DNA of 62,961 nucleotides, filler included, from Thraustochytrium aureum (Eukaryota): NCBI GenBank assembly GCA_012862495.1. It is 6 parts of 2 records of this genome, joined end to end, with 100 filler letters (N's around TTAATTAATTAA, not from the genome) between each part and the next. Parts side by side here need not be neighbours in the genome. Positions count along the whole stretch, not along the records: positions 1 to 20,420 come from BLSG01000084.1; 5 more parts are not named here. One strand, 5' to 3'. Shown piece by piece: positions 1 to 11,700 of this stretch (position 1 is its first letter; each line of letters starts with the position of its first letter). The notes under the pieces were generated by a model. It saw only the letters and a program-made list of their open reading frames with translations, ran no database searches and was not told where the DNA came from. The position numbers and the translations under genes were made by a program.

Positions 1-1
1 C

Positions 2-3000
2 GGGTTAGGCTACACGCAACAACAGTCTCTCTGTAGCGAGTGCGAGCCCGGTACCTATCAGGTCCACAAGTGTTCGCACAACGGCCGCTGCGGCCTCGAA
101 CATGATGGGCAGGCATGTGCGCAGGACTATTTTTGCTCCCAATCCAGGTGGTGCGGCAAATCGAACGACCACAAAATAAACCATCTTGCTGCATACTCGG
201 ACAGCGCTCTGTGCGGCCCCTGGTTTAGCCTAACAGTATGTAACGAGTGCCAGCCCGGAACCTTTCAGGACAAGGAAGGTCAGGACACTTGCAAGGTCTG
301 CCAGTCCGGGACTTACCAAGACTTACGTGGGCAGCAAGCCTGCAAGGCCTGCCAGCCCGGAACCTACCAGGACATGGAAGGACAGGACTCTTGCAAGGAA
401 TGCCAACCCGGGACTTACACTCCATTCTCCGAAGACACAACCTGTTATCAGTGCCCAAGCGGGACTTACCAGCCACATTCCAAGCAGAAATCCTGTTTGA
501 CGTGCTCCGATAACAAAGTGCGTGGCTTGTCGATTTGCTTCGCCTGCCCGGATGGCTATAGCTGCGCGCCGAAGCAGGGGTCGTCGAGGGAAATCATCCA
601 GACGATTTGTCCTATCGGCTCGTTTTGCAAGGATTACATGAAGACGCCGTGCTCGCCTGGAACCTATCAGGACAAGGAGGGGCAGTCCACGTGCAAAGTC
701 TCGCCCCCTGGAGCAATGGTCCCCGGTTCTGGTGCATCCACGTACACTATCTGCCCACGCGGGACTTACCAGCCACTTTCCAAGCAGATATCCTGTTTGC
801 CGTGCTCCGAGAACGGAGGATTCACTGCCCTTGGCCAGTCGTCATGCAGAGCGTGCCCGGCTGGAACTAAGCCTAACGTCGCTGACGGTACAACGTGCAG
901 CAAATGCCCACCCGGGCAATCTATCCAAGACATCGATTCCGAGTGTGCTGATCTCAACTCTGACGGGCTCGCTCTGATCTGGAACGTCTCGAACTCACGA
1001 TGCATTCCAAACGCCAGTGTGCCTGCGATGCACAGGTTTGTGACGGCTTCACTTCGCCAGACAGCGGACGACGAGCTGGACGAGACTTTGGAGATTCTTA
1101 CCGAGTGCACCGAGGATCTTCTGAGCGACATGCGCGCAGGGCAGCGCAACAGCTTTGCCGAGAGGTTTTTCGCAGCGGAGTTCAGCGACATGCGCGTTAG
1201 TTTGGACAAACTTCGCGAAATGACCTCGGCGAGCAACAAGGAGCGAAGGGCCATGTTGGCGCGACTTTCAGCTGCCTGGCGGTTATTGCCAGACAAGGAA
1301 CGCTGCGATGCGCTCGGCACTGTTCGCTTCGTCCGCACGAGCACGACGCTCAGCGTATGCGACGTCGTGGGTTTCACAAAGATGGGCAACAAGGTGCGGT
1401 TTGTTGGGGCGAGGCAAAGTTCGCAGCGCCCTGGAAAGCAGGCATCGTATGCGATGGATGGGGACGCGATCTCTTGCTCAGAGACGAAACCTGAAGAGAG
1501 CAGCCCGTGGCTGGAATTACAATACCTGCGCAACAGGAGCGACCCCATTCTCAGGCTCGAGGTCAACTCGAACGAAGGATTGGGGGACGGCGGTGACTCC
1601 ATCAACATCTTTGTCGACGAAGTGCTCGTTGGGGACGTGGATGCTGGCGGCCTGGAGATTCTCGAGATGCCTCAACTACTGGCGCAGCCGTGCAGCGGGT
1701 CAAAAGCGGCCCGCTCGTTCGTGATCCCGCCGGAGCCGCAACTGAGGATGGACGCCAGATTCAATCCAGCCCTGGGCCCTCTCGAGTCCATGGATGTGGA
1801 CGGCTACATGCGCGCCTTCGAGCCGTCAGCGCTGTTTACTACCTGCGTCCGCGCCGCAGCGAGCGTTGACTGCCCGCCCGGGACGATGCGCGACGATCCA
1901 AAGAAGAACTGCGTTGCATTTCCTCGAGTTTCCTGGACAACCACCGTGGCTGCGATCGCGTACTGCTCTGTCCTTGAGGACCTCGCCGGCACACCGCTGG
2001 CACTGGCGCTGCTTGTTGCCGCACGCGACGCGGTTTTGGTCAACGCGTGGATCGAGCTTGACATTCGTGCCACTTACCGTGCTCTCCATGCCGTGCGCGA
2101 CGTGGCTATGGCCGGCCACCGCGCGGGCTTTGCGGGCCTCGATGGCAGCTCCAGCTTTTACCTTCAAGTGGCGCTGGGCATGAGCGCAGCGCTCGACAAA
2201 CTTGCTCGTGACGTGTCTTTGGCGAACGCTGGGAACTTGCAGACCATCAGCAGTGTCTCCCGTGTTTGCCGCTTTACCGGCTGCCCTGGCAACCTGGACG
2301 ACATCCAGGATGACTTGGATTTTAAAGGGATCTCGGAGCAGCTCGTCTCTAGTTACGAAGTGCTGAGTGGTGTTATTTACGACTCGTGGGCTTCCCTTCG
2401 AGCGCAGATCAGCAGCGGATTCCAGCAAACGCAGATCAGCATCTTGGCACTCGGGCAACTCGTCACTGAATTGAGCGCCCAAGTGAGCGAAAACCAGGCG
2501 AAAGGGTTTAGCGCACTTGCAGACGGTCTTGCCGAAGACGCTGGCGGTCGCATGGAGGTGGCCGAACAGCAGGTCATCGACGGCGAAGACAAGCTCGACG
2601 CGATCTTCCTTCGAATCAACTCGGACAACGAAAGCTTTGCAGAGCTGTACGAGGAGCTCGTGGAAAACTCGGGCCGTCTCAATGTTACAACGTACGAGTT
2701 TTACGAGTGCCGCAAGAAGGAGGAGCTCGCAAAGCTCGCTCGCGCTCGAGTCACAGCTGTCTTTGACATCGTTGTCGGCGCAGTATCCATGGTTGGCGAG
2801 ATTGGCGCGTTTGTGCTTTCCGGAGGCCTTTCGTCGCTTAAGCAAGGCGCCATGAAAGCTGGCTCAAACGCCGCCAAGCAGGCGTCGAGGGCAAAGCAGC
2901 TTCTCCAAAAACGGTTCAAGCGCAAACCGCGCCGTCGCAACACACGTAGCAGGAACAAGAAAGACGACAAGAAAGACGACAACGAGGAGGAGGAGGAAGA

Positions 3001-5199
3001 GTACTCTTTTGACGACTTCGTTGAGGACTTTGGCGACGACATGCCCGACCTGAGCGGCGAGCAGATCGACATCATCCGTGACGGCATCTTGAACGGCATC
3101 GACTTTCTGAGTAATCCGAAGCTCCAAGATGTTCGGGGCTGGGTCACCTTCGTGCAGGGCAACCTGGGTACGCTCGGCTCGCTCGGCGTGCCGGGCATGG
3201 ACGGCGCCGCCCAGATGCTCGGCGGCATTTACGCGCTCATCGACGAGGCCGCCCAGCGAAAAGGAATTGAGGATGCTGCGAATGCTGGCCTCAAGGCAGC
3301 CGACGACACGTTCAATGCCGTCGCCGCTGCTGTGACAGAGCTGGCAGAAACCTCGGCGATCCTCTTGCTCGAGGTCTATGACATCATGACATCAGAGGAG
3401 CCGCCTTCAGGGGTTTCGATAATCGAGTCGACCTCGCGCTCGCTTTGGCGCGACGTTCAGACGCGCGTGGTCTACTTTTCAAGACCTCGGAAATGTACGC
3501 GGACTTCACTGATGCAGTGTCGAGGCGCCGGCTTTTGGTCGAGGGCGACGAAGCTGCGGTTTTCCTGGCTCCGCCTGCGACTGCAATGCGCCTTCGCGCC
3601 ACCACGCAGAGCAGCTCTATTGCGCCCAGCACCGGCGCGCAGCTCCAACGCGCGCTCAACGAAAAAGAGGGCTGCAANNNNNNNNNNNNNNNNNNNNNNN
3701 NNNNNNNNNNNNNNNNNNNNNNNNNNNNNNNNNNNNNNNNNNNNNNNNNNNNNNNNNNNNNNNNNNNNNNNNNNNNNNNNNNNNNNNNNNNNNNNNNNNN
3801 NNNNNNNNNNNNNNNNNNNNNNNNNNNNNNNNNNNNNNNNNNNNNNNNNNNNNNNNNNNNNNNNNNNNNNNNNNNNNNNNNNNNNNNNNNNNNNNNNNNN
3901 NNNNNNNNNNNNNNNNNNNNNNNNNNNNNNNNNNNNNNNNNNNNNNNNNNNNNNNNNNNNNACTAGAGTTCAAGATCAACGAGGAGAGCAAAGCGCGTTG
4001 GGAGGATACCTCAAGCCGGATCAAGACAGCGGCCGAAGCCTCGCAGGGCGCCATGCGGGAATTCTTCTTCGAGTTTAGGGACGCCATGAACCAGTTCCAG
4101 CTTGCTGCCCCGGAGCTCACGGTGCAAAAGGGCGCAGCTGTCGCGCAGCGCATCGAGATGCTCGTTACGGAAGGCGGTGTCGTGCAAGCCTCGTGCGCCC
4201 AGGCCTGGTATCAAGCGCTCGAGATTCCTGTTTCGTGCAACAGCAACCTGGCCCAGGTGTTTTCCATGGATGAGCCGATAAACGGCCTCAGCAACTTTCT
4301 CGAAAGTGTCAAGTCCGACATCGAGAGCACGGTTACGACGGTGGCCCATTCTGACTACTGGGCTCGCTTTCCAGTGCTCTCTGCGGTCGAGATCGCCGCG
4401 ATGGCTGTCGACGGGGCGCTCTCCTCTGAAACAGCCGTGACCCTCGACTTAACGCGCGGAATTGGAATCGATTGCGGCGCTCGTGCAGAGGTTCTCGCAT
4501 TCACTGCTGTGCTCGAGGACTTGGCCGACGAAGGTAAACCAGTCATTCTGGAAGAATGGGTTGGGGACCATCCGAGGTTTGTTTCGATCGAAATTCAGCC
4601 ACTTGGCCCGTTCATAAAACTCGACCAACAGGGCCAGCGCCACGCTTTCCGCATCGCTGAAGTGCAAGATCCGTTTGGGCAAGGGACCATCGTAACAGCG
4701 CAGGCTTGCGCTATCGCTAACGAGGAGGACTCGATAGGCACGTTGCTCCCAAGTAATCTACGGCTGTGCATCAAGAAGCCACGTGTCGAACTGGACCCGA
4801 CGCCGCTCATGGCCAAGTACCGCATCACACTCGGCCCATACGCTGAGGCAATCAAGTCGCGTTCCGACTCGCCCCATCTTCAGCTCGCACTGTACGTCCG
4901 AGTCAAAGCCACGGTCGACGCTGGGAAGTCAAGCTGCAAGGTTCCCGCCGAGCTGGGCTTCTCTTCAGGCGGAGGAGACGAATCGAAAGACTGTGTGACT
5001 GGCGGTGTGATCTGCAAAACAGGCGAGTTCTGCTCGCGCTCGACCGCGTCCTGCCTGCCTCGCCTGCCTCTGGGCGATCAATGCTCCAGCAACGACGAGT
5101 GCGCTTCATCCAACTGCTTCACGGTCAGCAGAAAGCGTAAGGAATGTCGGTGCTCGATGAAGCAGCGACTGCCCCGCAAGCCAGGACTGCGTCAGCAAC
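2..5199 (+). CDS. Very large modular, probably extracellular protein (both ends missing): hevein/CBM18-like motif, GCC2/GCC3 (ephrin-receptor-like) Cys repeats, F5/8-C/fucolectin-like domain, long helical/coiled-coil core, beta-rich domain, C-terminal Cys-rich repeats
   Basis: The frame of ORF 374..4078 is open from base 2 (GLGYTQQQSLCSECEPGTYQVHKCSHNGRCG...FCSQSRWCGKSNDH). It contains repeated CxPGTYQDxxGQxxC and ASYAMDGDAISCSET...PWLEL. An apparent frameshift near 3465 leads into the 3445 frame; after the gap at 3678-3961 it continues in the 4053 frame to Cys-rich CKTGEFCSRSTASCLPRLPLGDQCSSNDECASSNC at the next gap. Joining the pieces into one gene is inference. Confidence 0.7.
248..510 (+). 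repeat. Coding tandem repeat, 51-bp unit (17 aa, CxPGT[YF]QDxxGQxxCKx), about 5 copies
   Basis: Units start at 248, 299, 350, 401 and 452. Bases 459-510 are repeated almost identically at 759-810. Confidence 0.85.
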
Positions 5200-6697
5200 N
5201 NNNNNNNNNNNNNNNNNNNNNNNNNNNNNNNNNNNNNNNNNNNNNNNNNNNNNNNNNNNNNNNNNNNNNNNNNNNNNNNNNNNNNNNNNNNNNNNNNNNN
5301 NNNNNNNNNNNNNNNNNNNNNNNNNNNNNNNNNNNNNNNNNNNNNNNNNNNNNNNNNNNNNNNNNNNNNNNNNNNNNNNNNNNNNNNNNNNNNNNNNNNN
5401 NNNNNNNNNNNNNNNNNNNNNNNNNNNNNNNNNNNNNNNNNNNNNNNNNNNNNNNNNNNNNNNNNNNNNNNNNNNNNNNNNNNNNNNNNNNNNNNNNNNN
5501 NNNNNNNNNNNNNNNNNNNNNNNNNNNNNNNNNNNNNNNNNNNNNNNNNNNNNNNNNNNNNNNNNNNNNNNNNNNNNNNNNNNNNNNNNNNNNNNNNNNN
5601 NNNNNNNNNNNNNNNNNNNNNNNNNNNNNNNNNNNNNNNNNNNNNNNNNNNNNNNNNNNNNNNNNNNNNNNNNNNNNNNNNNNNNNNNNNNNNNNNNNNN
5701 NNNNNNNNNNNNNNNNNNNNNNNNNNNNNNNNNNNNNNNNNNNNNNNNNNNNNNNNNNNNNNNNNNNNNNNNNNNNNNNNNNNNNNNNNNNNNNNNNNNN
5801 NNNNNNNNNNNNNNNNNNNNNNNNNNNNNNNNNNNNNNNNNNNNNNNNNNNNNNNNNNNNNNNNNNNNNNNNNNNNNNNNNNNNNNNNNNNNNNNNNNNN
5901 NNNNNNNNNNNNNNNNNNNNNNNNNNNNNNNNNNNNNNNNNNNNNNNNNNNNNNNNNNNNNNNNNNNNNNNNNNNNNNNNNNNNNNNNNNNNNNNNNNNN
6001 NNNNNNNNTTAGTTCCACCCACCCGTGCCAGCGAACCTTGGCGTCGACGACGCAAGTGCGCCGTGAACCTCCGCAACGACGTGGTTTGGGCTTCCCCGCG
6101 CCGCACCGTGCGGCTCGGGTTGCCGAGCGCCTGCGCAGTGCAGCGCTCCTTGATAAAAAGAAGAGGTTGACGGCCACCATGCGAACGCACTTATCGGCGA
6201 ACAACGTGATGATGCTCAAACAGCCGCTCGCGGCAGCGCATTCGCCGCTTGAAGCAACAGCGCGTGCCCACAGCGCCTTCCGCGTTGCACCAGGAGCGAA
6301 ACTATGCGGATGGATCAGCATCAAGGTGTCCGCAGATTTGATTGATGGGAGACGATCGCAAACCGCGCTTATTTCACCGGTAAGCCGCTTGGCAGCGTGC
6401 AGCTTCGTGGAGCGGTGCAGCGAGCTATCTACGAGGCTGCTGTGACTCTAGCTAGCTAGAGAGTTGGCTTCATCCTAACTCTCCTCACCTGAGCTCAGCG
6501 GTTGACACCGAACCCCATCCCCAGTCACGCGCAAACCAAAAACATACAGGCCCTAGCCCTTCCCCAAGGCTCGTCGCGCGGTGCCCTGACGCAGACCGTT
6601 TCGCGGCAGAAGGTCTCGCAGCGGATCACGCGGACCGGTGGGCTTTGCTCCAAGCAGGAATCGCACAACCCACCTTTGAACAACAAGAGCGACCTCT

Positions 6698-6748
6698 TCG
6701 AGCTGGATTGGATCGAGCCGAATTGGATCGAGTTGGATTGGATCGAGC
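6698..6748. repeat. 15-bp tandem repeat (TCGAGYYGRATTGGA), about 3.3 copies, intergenic
   Basis: tcgagctggattgga tcgagccgaattgga tcgagttggattgga tcgagc read directly. Confidence 0.8.
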
Positions 6749-7197
6749 GCTTAAGTCCTGGCCTCGGTTGTCACTTGAGCCCGGAGATTGGCGCAGTGGC
6801 CCCGAACCTGTGCACGACGAAGCTTCAGCTTCAGCTTACTCTTCCAACGCCAGCGTTCGTTCGCCCAGACAAGCGTGCCGCGTGCCAGCTCGGCGATCTC
6901 GGGTCCCGCAGCGTCGGCGCTCGGCGCTCCATGCATGGAGCTCTGGCGCGAGATCGGCCAGGGTATCAGGCGTCGTTGGTCTTGAGAAAGCTCCCGCAGC
7001 CAAATCCCCGACCACACCTCATCAGACGAGAGTTTCGTCGTCCATTGCAGACGCCAATCGAAGTAGAACGACAAACACAACCGCACGCGAGCGGTACCTA
7101 CGGCGTCCAACGCACAGGCCGGTCTTCGTAGAGCAACGCTGGTCGGGAGAGCGAGTGGGCCAAGACATACCCGCGGCGGGTTGGAACTTGCGACAAG

Positions 7198-8088
7198 ATG
7201 GTGGTGGTACTTGCACGACGCGCGACCGCCTTTGCCGCTGCGCGGCGGCACCTGCTGCAGAGCGACGGAGGCAACGCGATGCTCAAATTGAGCGCGATGG
7301 CGGGCGCGCTTGCTGCCGGAGGCTCGCTCATGGTCGGTATGAACCAAGCTGAGGCGCAGCCGGACCCGAACGCCGAACGCGTGCTGGCCTGGCAAAAGCG
7401 GTGGGACACGTACATCGAGAAGAACATCACGCCCGGGTTTCACCGCCCTACGCCTCACGAGATGCTTGTAAAGCATGCTGGCAGCCTGCTGAGCAAGAGT
7501 GGCAGCGAAAAGGAGCAGGTCTTTGTGCCCCTGTGCGGCAAATCCCTCGACATGATCTTTCTCAGCGAGGTCGCCGACGTGGGCGGTGTCGAGTGCGTGC
7601 AGGAAGCGATCGACCAGTTCAGCCAAGAGAATGGGCTGCAGTACGACGACGAGCTTGTCGCCAAGTCGGGCGGGACAGTCTTCAAGACGGCTACGACTCG
7701 TTCGGGCAACTCGATTGTGATCGGCAAGCTGGACTTTTTTGATCTTGCCAAGGGCTGGAGCACGCTTCCCAAGCCCAAGTTTTCCGCCGGGTACGACCGC
7801 GCGGCCAACGTGGCTATCGACCCTGCGTTGCGCGAGGCCTACGCCAAGGTGATGGCAGAGCAGATTGAGTTGGGCGGCCGCGTTCTGCTCATCGCTTTCG
7901 AGTACGACCAGTCCAAAATGAGTGGCCCGCCGTTTTCACTTGGAGAGAAGGAAATCCGGGCCCTTTACGCTCCATACTTTGACATCAGCATTCTCGAGCG
8001 CTACTCCATCCTCGACGACTCGTGGCGCTCGCGAGGCATTGAGGGCATCGAAGAGACCGTCTACTTGCTCACGCGGCGGGACGAATGA
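7198..8088 (+). CDS. TPMT: Thiopurine S-methyltransferase (TPMT/TEMT family) with N-terminal extension
   Basis: Motifs WQKRW...GFH, VFVPLCGKSLDMIFL, GVEC, LDFFDL, YDRAANVAIDPALREAYA, EYDQSKMSGPPFS. Confidence 0.9.
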   Translation: MVVVLARRATAFAAARRHLLQSDGGNAMLKLSAMAGALAAGGSLMVGMNQAEAQPDPNAERVLAWQKRWDTYIEKNITPGFHRPTPHEMLVKHAGSLLSKSGSEKEQVFVPLCGKSLDMIFLSEVADVGGVECVQEAIDQFSQENGLQYDDELVAKSGGTVFKTATTRSGNSIVIGKLDFFDLAKGWSTLPKPKFSAGYDRAANVAIDPALREAYAKVMAEQIELGGRVLLIAFEYDQSKMSGPPFSLGEKEIRALYAPYFDISILERYSILDDSWRSRGIEGIEETVYLLTRRDE

Positions 8089-8710
8089 GCGCTTGCCCGC
8101 GATTGAAACAACGTCAAGCACGAAGCGCCCATCACTGCCTGGCTGGCGACGATCGACTCGCCGTGGACAGGCCTCGCGACCTACAAGACTCGACGTCCTA
8201 AGTAAGTAGAAGGTAGAGTACNNNNNNNNNNNNNNNNNNNNNNNNNNNNNNNNNNNNNNNNNNNNNNNNNNNNNNNNNNNNNNNNNNNNNNNNNNNNNNN
8301 NNNNNNNNNNNNNNNNNNNNNNNNNNNNNNNNNNNNNNNNNNNNNNNNNNNNNNNNNNNNNNNNNNNNNNNNNNNNNNNNNNNNNNNNNNNNNNNNNNNN
8401 NNNNNNNNNNNNNNNNNNNNNNNNNNNNNNNNNNNNNNNNNNNNNNNNNNNNNNNNNNNNNNNNNNNNNNNNNNNNNNNNNNNNNNNNNNNNNNNNNNNN
8501 NNNNNNNNNNNNNNNNNNNNNNNNNNNNNNNNNNNNNNNNNNNNNNNNNNNNNNNNNNNNNNNNNNNNNNNNNNNNNNNNNNNNNNNNNNNNNNNNNNNN
8601 NNNNNNNNNNNNNNNNNNNNNNNNNNNNNNNNNNNNNNNNNNNNNNNNNNNNNNNNNNNNNNNNNNNNNNNNNNNNNNNNNNNNNNNNNNNNNNNNNNNN
8701 NNNNNNNNNN

Positions 8711-11700
8711 CTGAGCAACAAGCCCGCCGCCGCGTCGCGCGGCGGAGGCAAGCAAAAAGCGAAAAAGGCGGCGGTTGCTCTGCGCGAGAGCGACGACGAG
8801 GAGTACGACTCCTTTGACGAGGATGCGCAGCCGGGCAAGGGCAGCGCAGGCGGCACGACCAAAGGAAACAGGCGAACTTCGATGGAGCGCGCGCAGCTCT
8901 CGAACAAGTACCAGAAAAAGACGCAGTACGAGCACATTATGCTGGTAAGTTTGGCTCGAGGCTTGGCGAACCTCCGGGAGGGCTGGGCGCAAGAGCAAGC
9001 GACTGACCGACTCCGCGATCGCGCGTGCAGCGACCGGACACGTACATCGGGTCCACGGAGCGCATCAAGCAAGAGATGTGGGTCTTCGAGGACGGCAAAA
9101 TGGTGAGCCGCAAGGTGTGCTACACGCCAGGCCTGTACAAAATCTTTGACGAGATCCTGGTCAACGCCTCAGACAACAAGCAGCGCGACGACAACATGAA
9201 GATGGTCAAGGTCACGATCGACGAGACATCGGGCGCTATCTCAGTCTGGAACGACGGCAAGGGCATCCCCGTCGAAGTCCACGCAGAGCACGGGGTCCAC
9301 ATCCCCGAGCTCGTCTTCGGGCACCTGATGACAGGCGAGAACTTTGAGGACACCCAAAAGCGAGTCGTCGGTGGCCGCAACGGGTACGGAGCCAAGCTTG
9401 CCAACATCTTCAGCACCGAGTTTGTCGTCGAGACGAACGACACCAAGTCCGGCAAGCGATATCGGCAGCGCTGGGCCAACAACATGTCGCTCAAGGAGGA
9501 GCCAAAGATCACCAAGGCCATCAGCAAGGACTTTACCTGCGTGACCTTCACGCCAGACTACGCCAGGTTTGGTATGCCGAACGGTCTGGACAAGGACATG
9601 ATCGCCTTGATGACCAAGCGCGTCTATGATGTGGCTGGCGTGACGCACAAGTCGGTCAAGGTGCAGTTCAATGGGACCACCCTGCCGATCAACACGTTCG
9701 AAAAGTACATTGATCTCTACCTCGCCCCGCCCGAGAACGAGGGGGGCAACGACCTCTGCGACCAGGGCGCGGAAAGCGAGGAAGAGGAGGAGGAGGAGGA
9801 AGACGAGTGGATGGACGACGAGGACAAGAAGAAGAAGAAGAAGAAGAAGGCAAGTGCGTCCAAGGCCAAGGCGGGCGCCGGGTCCAAGGGCCCCGCCACC
9901 AAGATCTACGAGCGGATCAACGACCGCTGGGAGATCTGCATTGCGCCGAGCCCGGACGGCCAAATGCAGCAGGTCAGCTTTGTGAACGGGATCTGCACGA
10001 TGAAGGGCGGCCAGCACGTCAATTTCGTTGCCGACCAGGTCGCGAGCCGGCTGCTGGAGATCCTCAAGAAGAAGCACAAGGGGTCTGACTTCAAGCCGCA
10101 CCAGATCAAGGGCCACCTGTGGATCTTCGTGAACGCGCTCATCGTCAACCCCGCTTTCGACTCGCAGACCAAGGAGACGCTGACGACGCGCAGCAGCAAG
10201 TTTGGCCCCGCCGAGATGCTGCCCAAGCTCAGCGACAAGGCCCTCAAGCAAATCGAAAAGACGCCTATTGTCAGCAACGTGCTGTACTGGGCCAAAGCCA
10301 AGGAGATGCGCGAGCTATCCCGCAAGGCGGGAGCCTCCAAGACGAGCAAGATTAAGGGGGTCGACAAGCTCGACGACGCCAACAACGCCGGGACAAGAAA
10401 CTCGCAAAAGTGCACGCTGATCCTCACTGAGGGCGATTCGGCCAAGACGCTCGCCATCAGCGGGCTCAGTGTGGTCGGCCGCGACAACTTTGGCGTCTTC
10501 CCGCTGCGAGGCAAGCTCCTCAATGTGCGTGAGGCTGCTCACAAGCAGATCCTCAAGAACGAAGAGATCCAGGCCATCATGAAGATCATGGGTCTCCATC
10601 CGGGGAAAAAGTACACCGACACCAAGAGCCTCCGGTACGGCCACCTGCTCATCATGACGGACCAGGACCACGACGGGTCGCACATCAAGGGCCTGCTGAT
10701 GAACTTTTTGCACCACTTTTGGCCCGAGCTTTTGCAGGTGCCCGGGTTTTTGCAGGTCTTCATACGCCGATCGTCAAGGCTACAAAGGGGCCCACGACCG
10801 CGCGTTCTACACGATGCCCGAGTACAGCGCCTGGTCCGAGGGCCTGGCGGACGCCGAGCGCAAGCGCTGGACCGTAAAGTACTACAAAGGTTTGGGCACG
10901 TCGACAGCCCGCGAGGCCAAGACCTACTTTGCCAACATCGACACGCACCGAATTGCGATGGCCTGGGAAGGGGACGAAGCGGGCGATGCGCTCGACATGG
11001 CCTTCTCAAAGAAGCGCGTCGGGGACCGCAAGGCTTGGCTCAACGCGTTCGAGGCCGGCACCCACATGGACTATGACGTGCAAGCGATCAACTACCGCAC
11101 ATTCGTTGACGAAGAGCTGATCCTGTTCTCGATGGCCGACAACGTGCGGTCCATCCCGTCGATGGTGGACGGCCTCAAGCCCTCGCAGCGCAAGGTGCTC
11201 TTTGCCTGCTTCAAGCGCAAGCTCAAGTCGGACATCAAGGTTGCGCACTCGTCGGCTACGTTTCCGAGCACTCTGCGTATCATCATGGCGAGGTCAGCCT
11301 CGCGAGCACGGTGGTGGGCATGGCCCAGACCTTTGTGGGGTCCAACAACATCAACCTGCTCTTCCCTTCCGGCCAGTTCGGTAGTCGCCTGATGGGCGGC
11401 AAAGACGCGGCCTCGCCTCGTTACATCTTCACGAGGCTGGCCTCGCTGACGCGCGCCGTCTTTCATGACGCGGACGACGCACTGCTCAACTACATGGCGG
11501 AGGACGGGCTCAGCATCGAGCCCGACTTTTACGTGCCCGTGATTCCGTTTCTGCTGGTGAACGGGGCTTCGGGGATCGGCACTGGCTGGTCCACCGACAT
11601 CCCTTGCTTCAACCCGCGCGACCTGATCGCCTACCTGCGCCGCAAGCTGATCTGCTGCGAGCCAGAAGGCCAACTCGTCCCCTGGTACAAGGGCTTTGAG

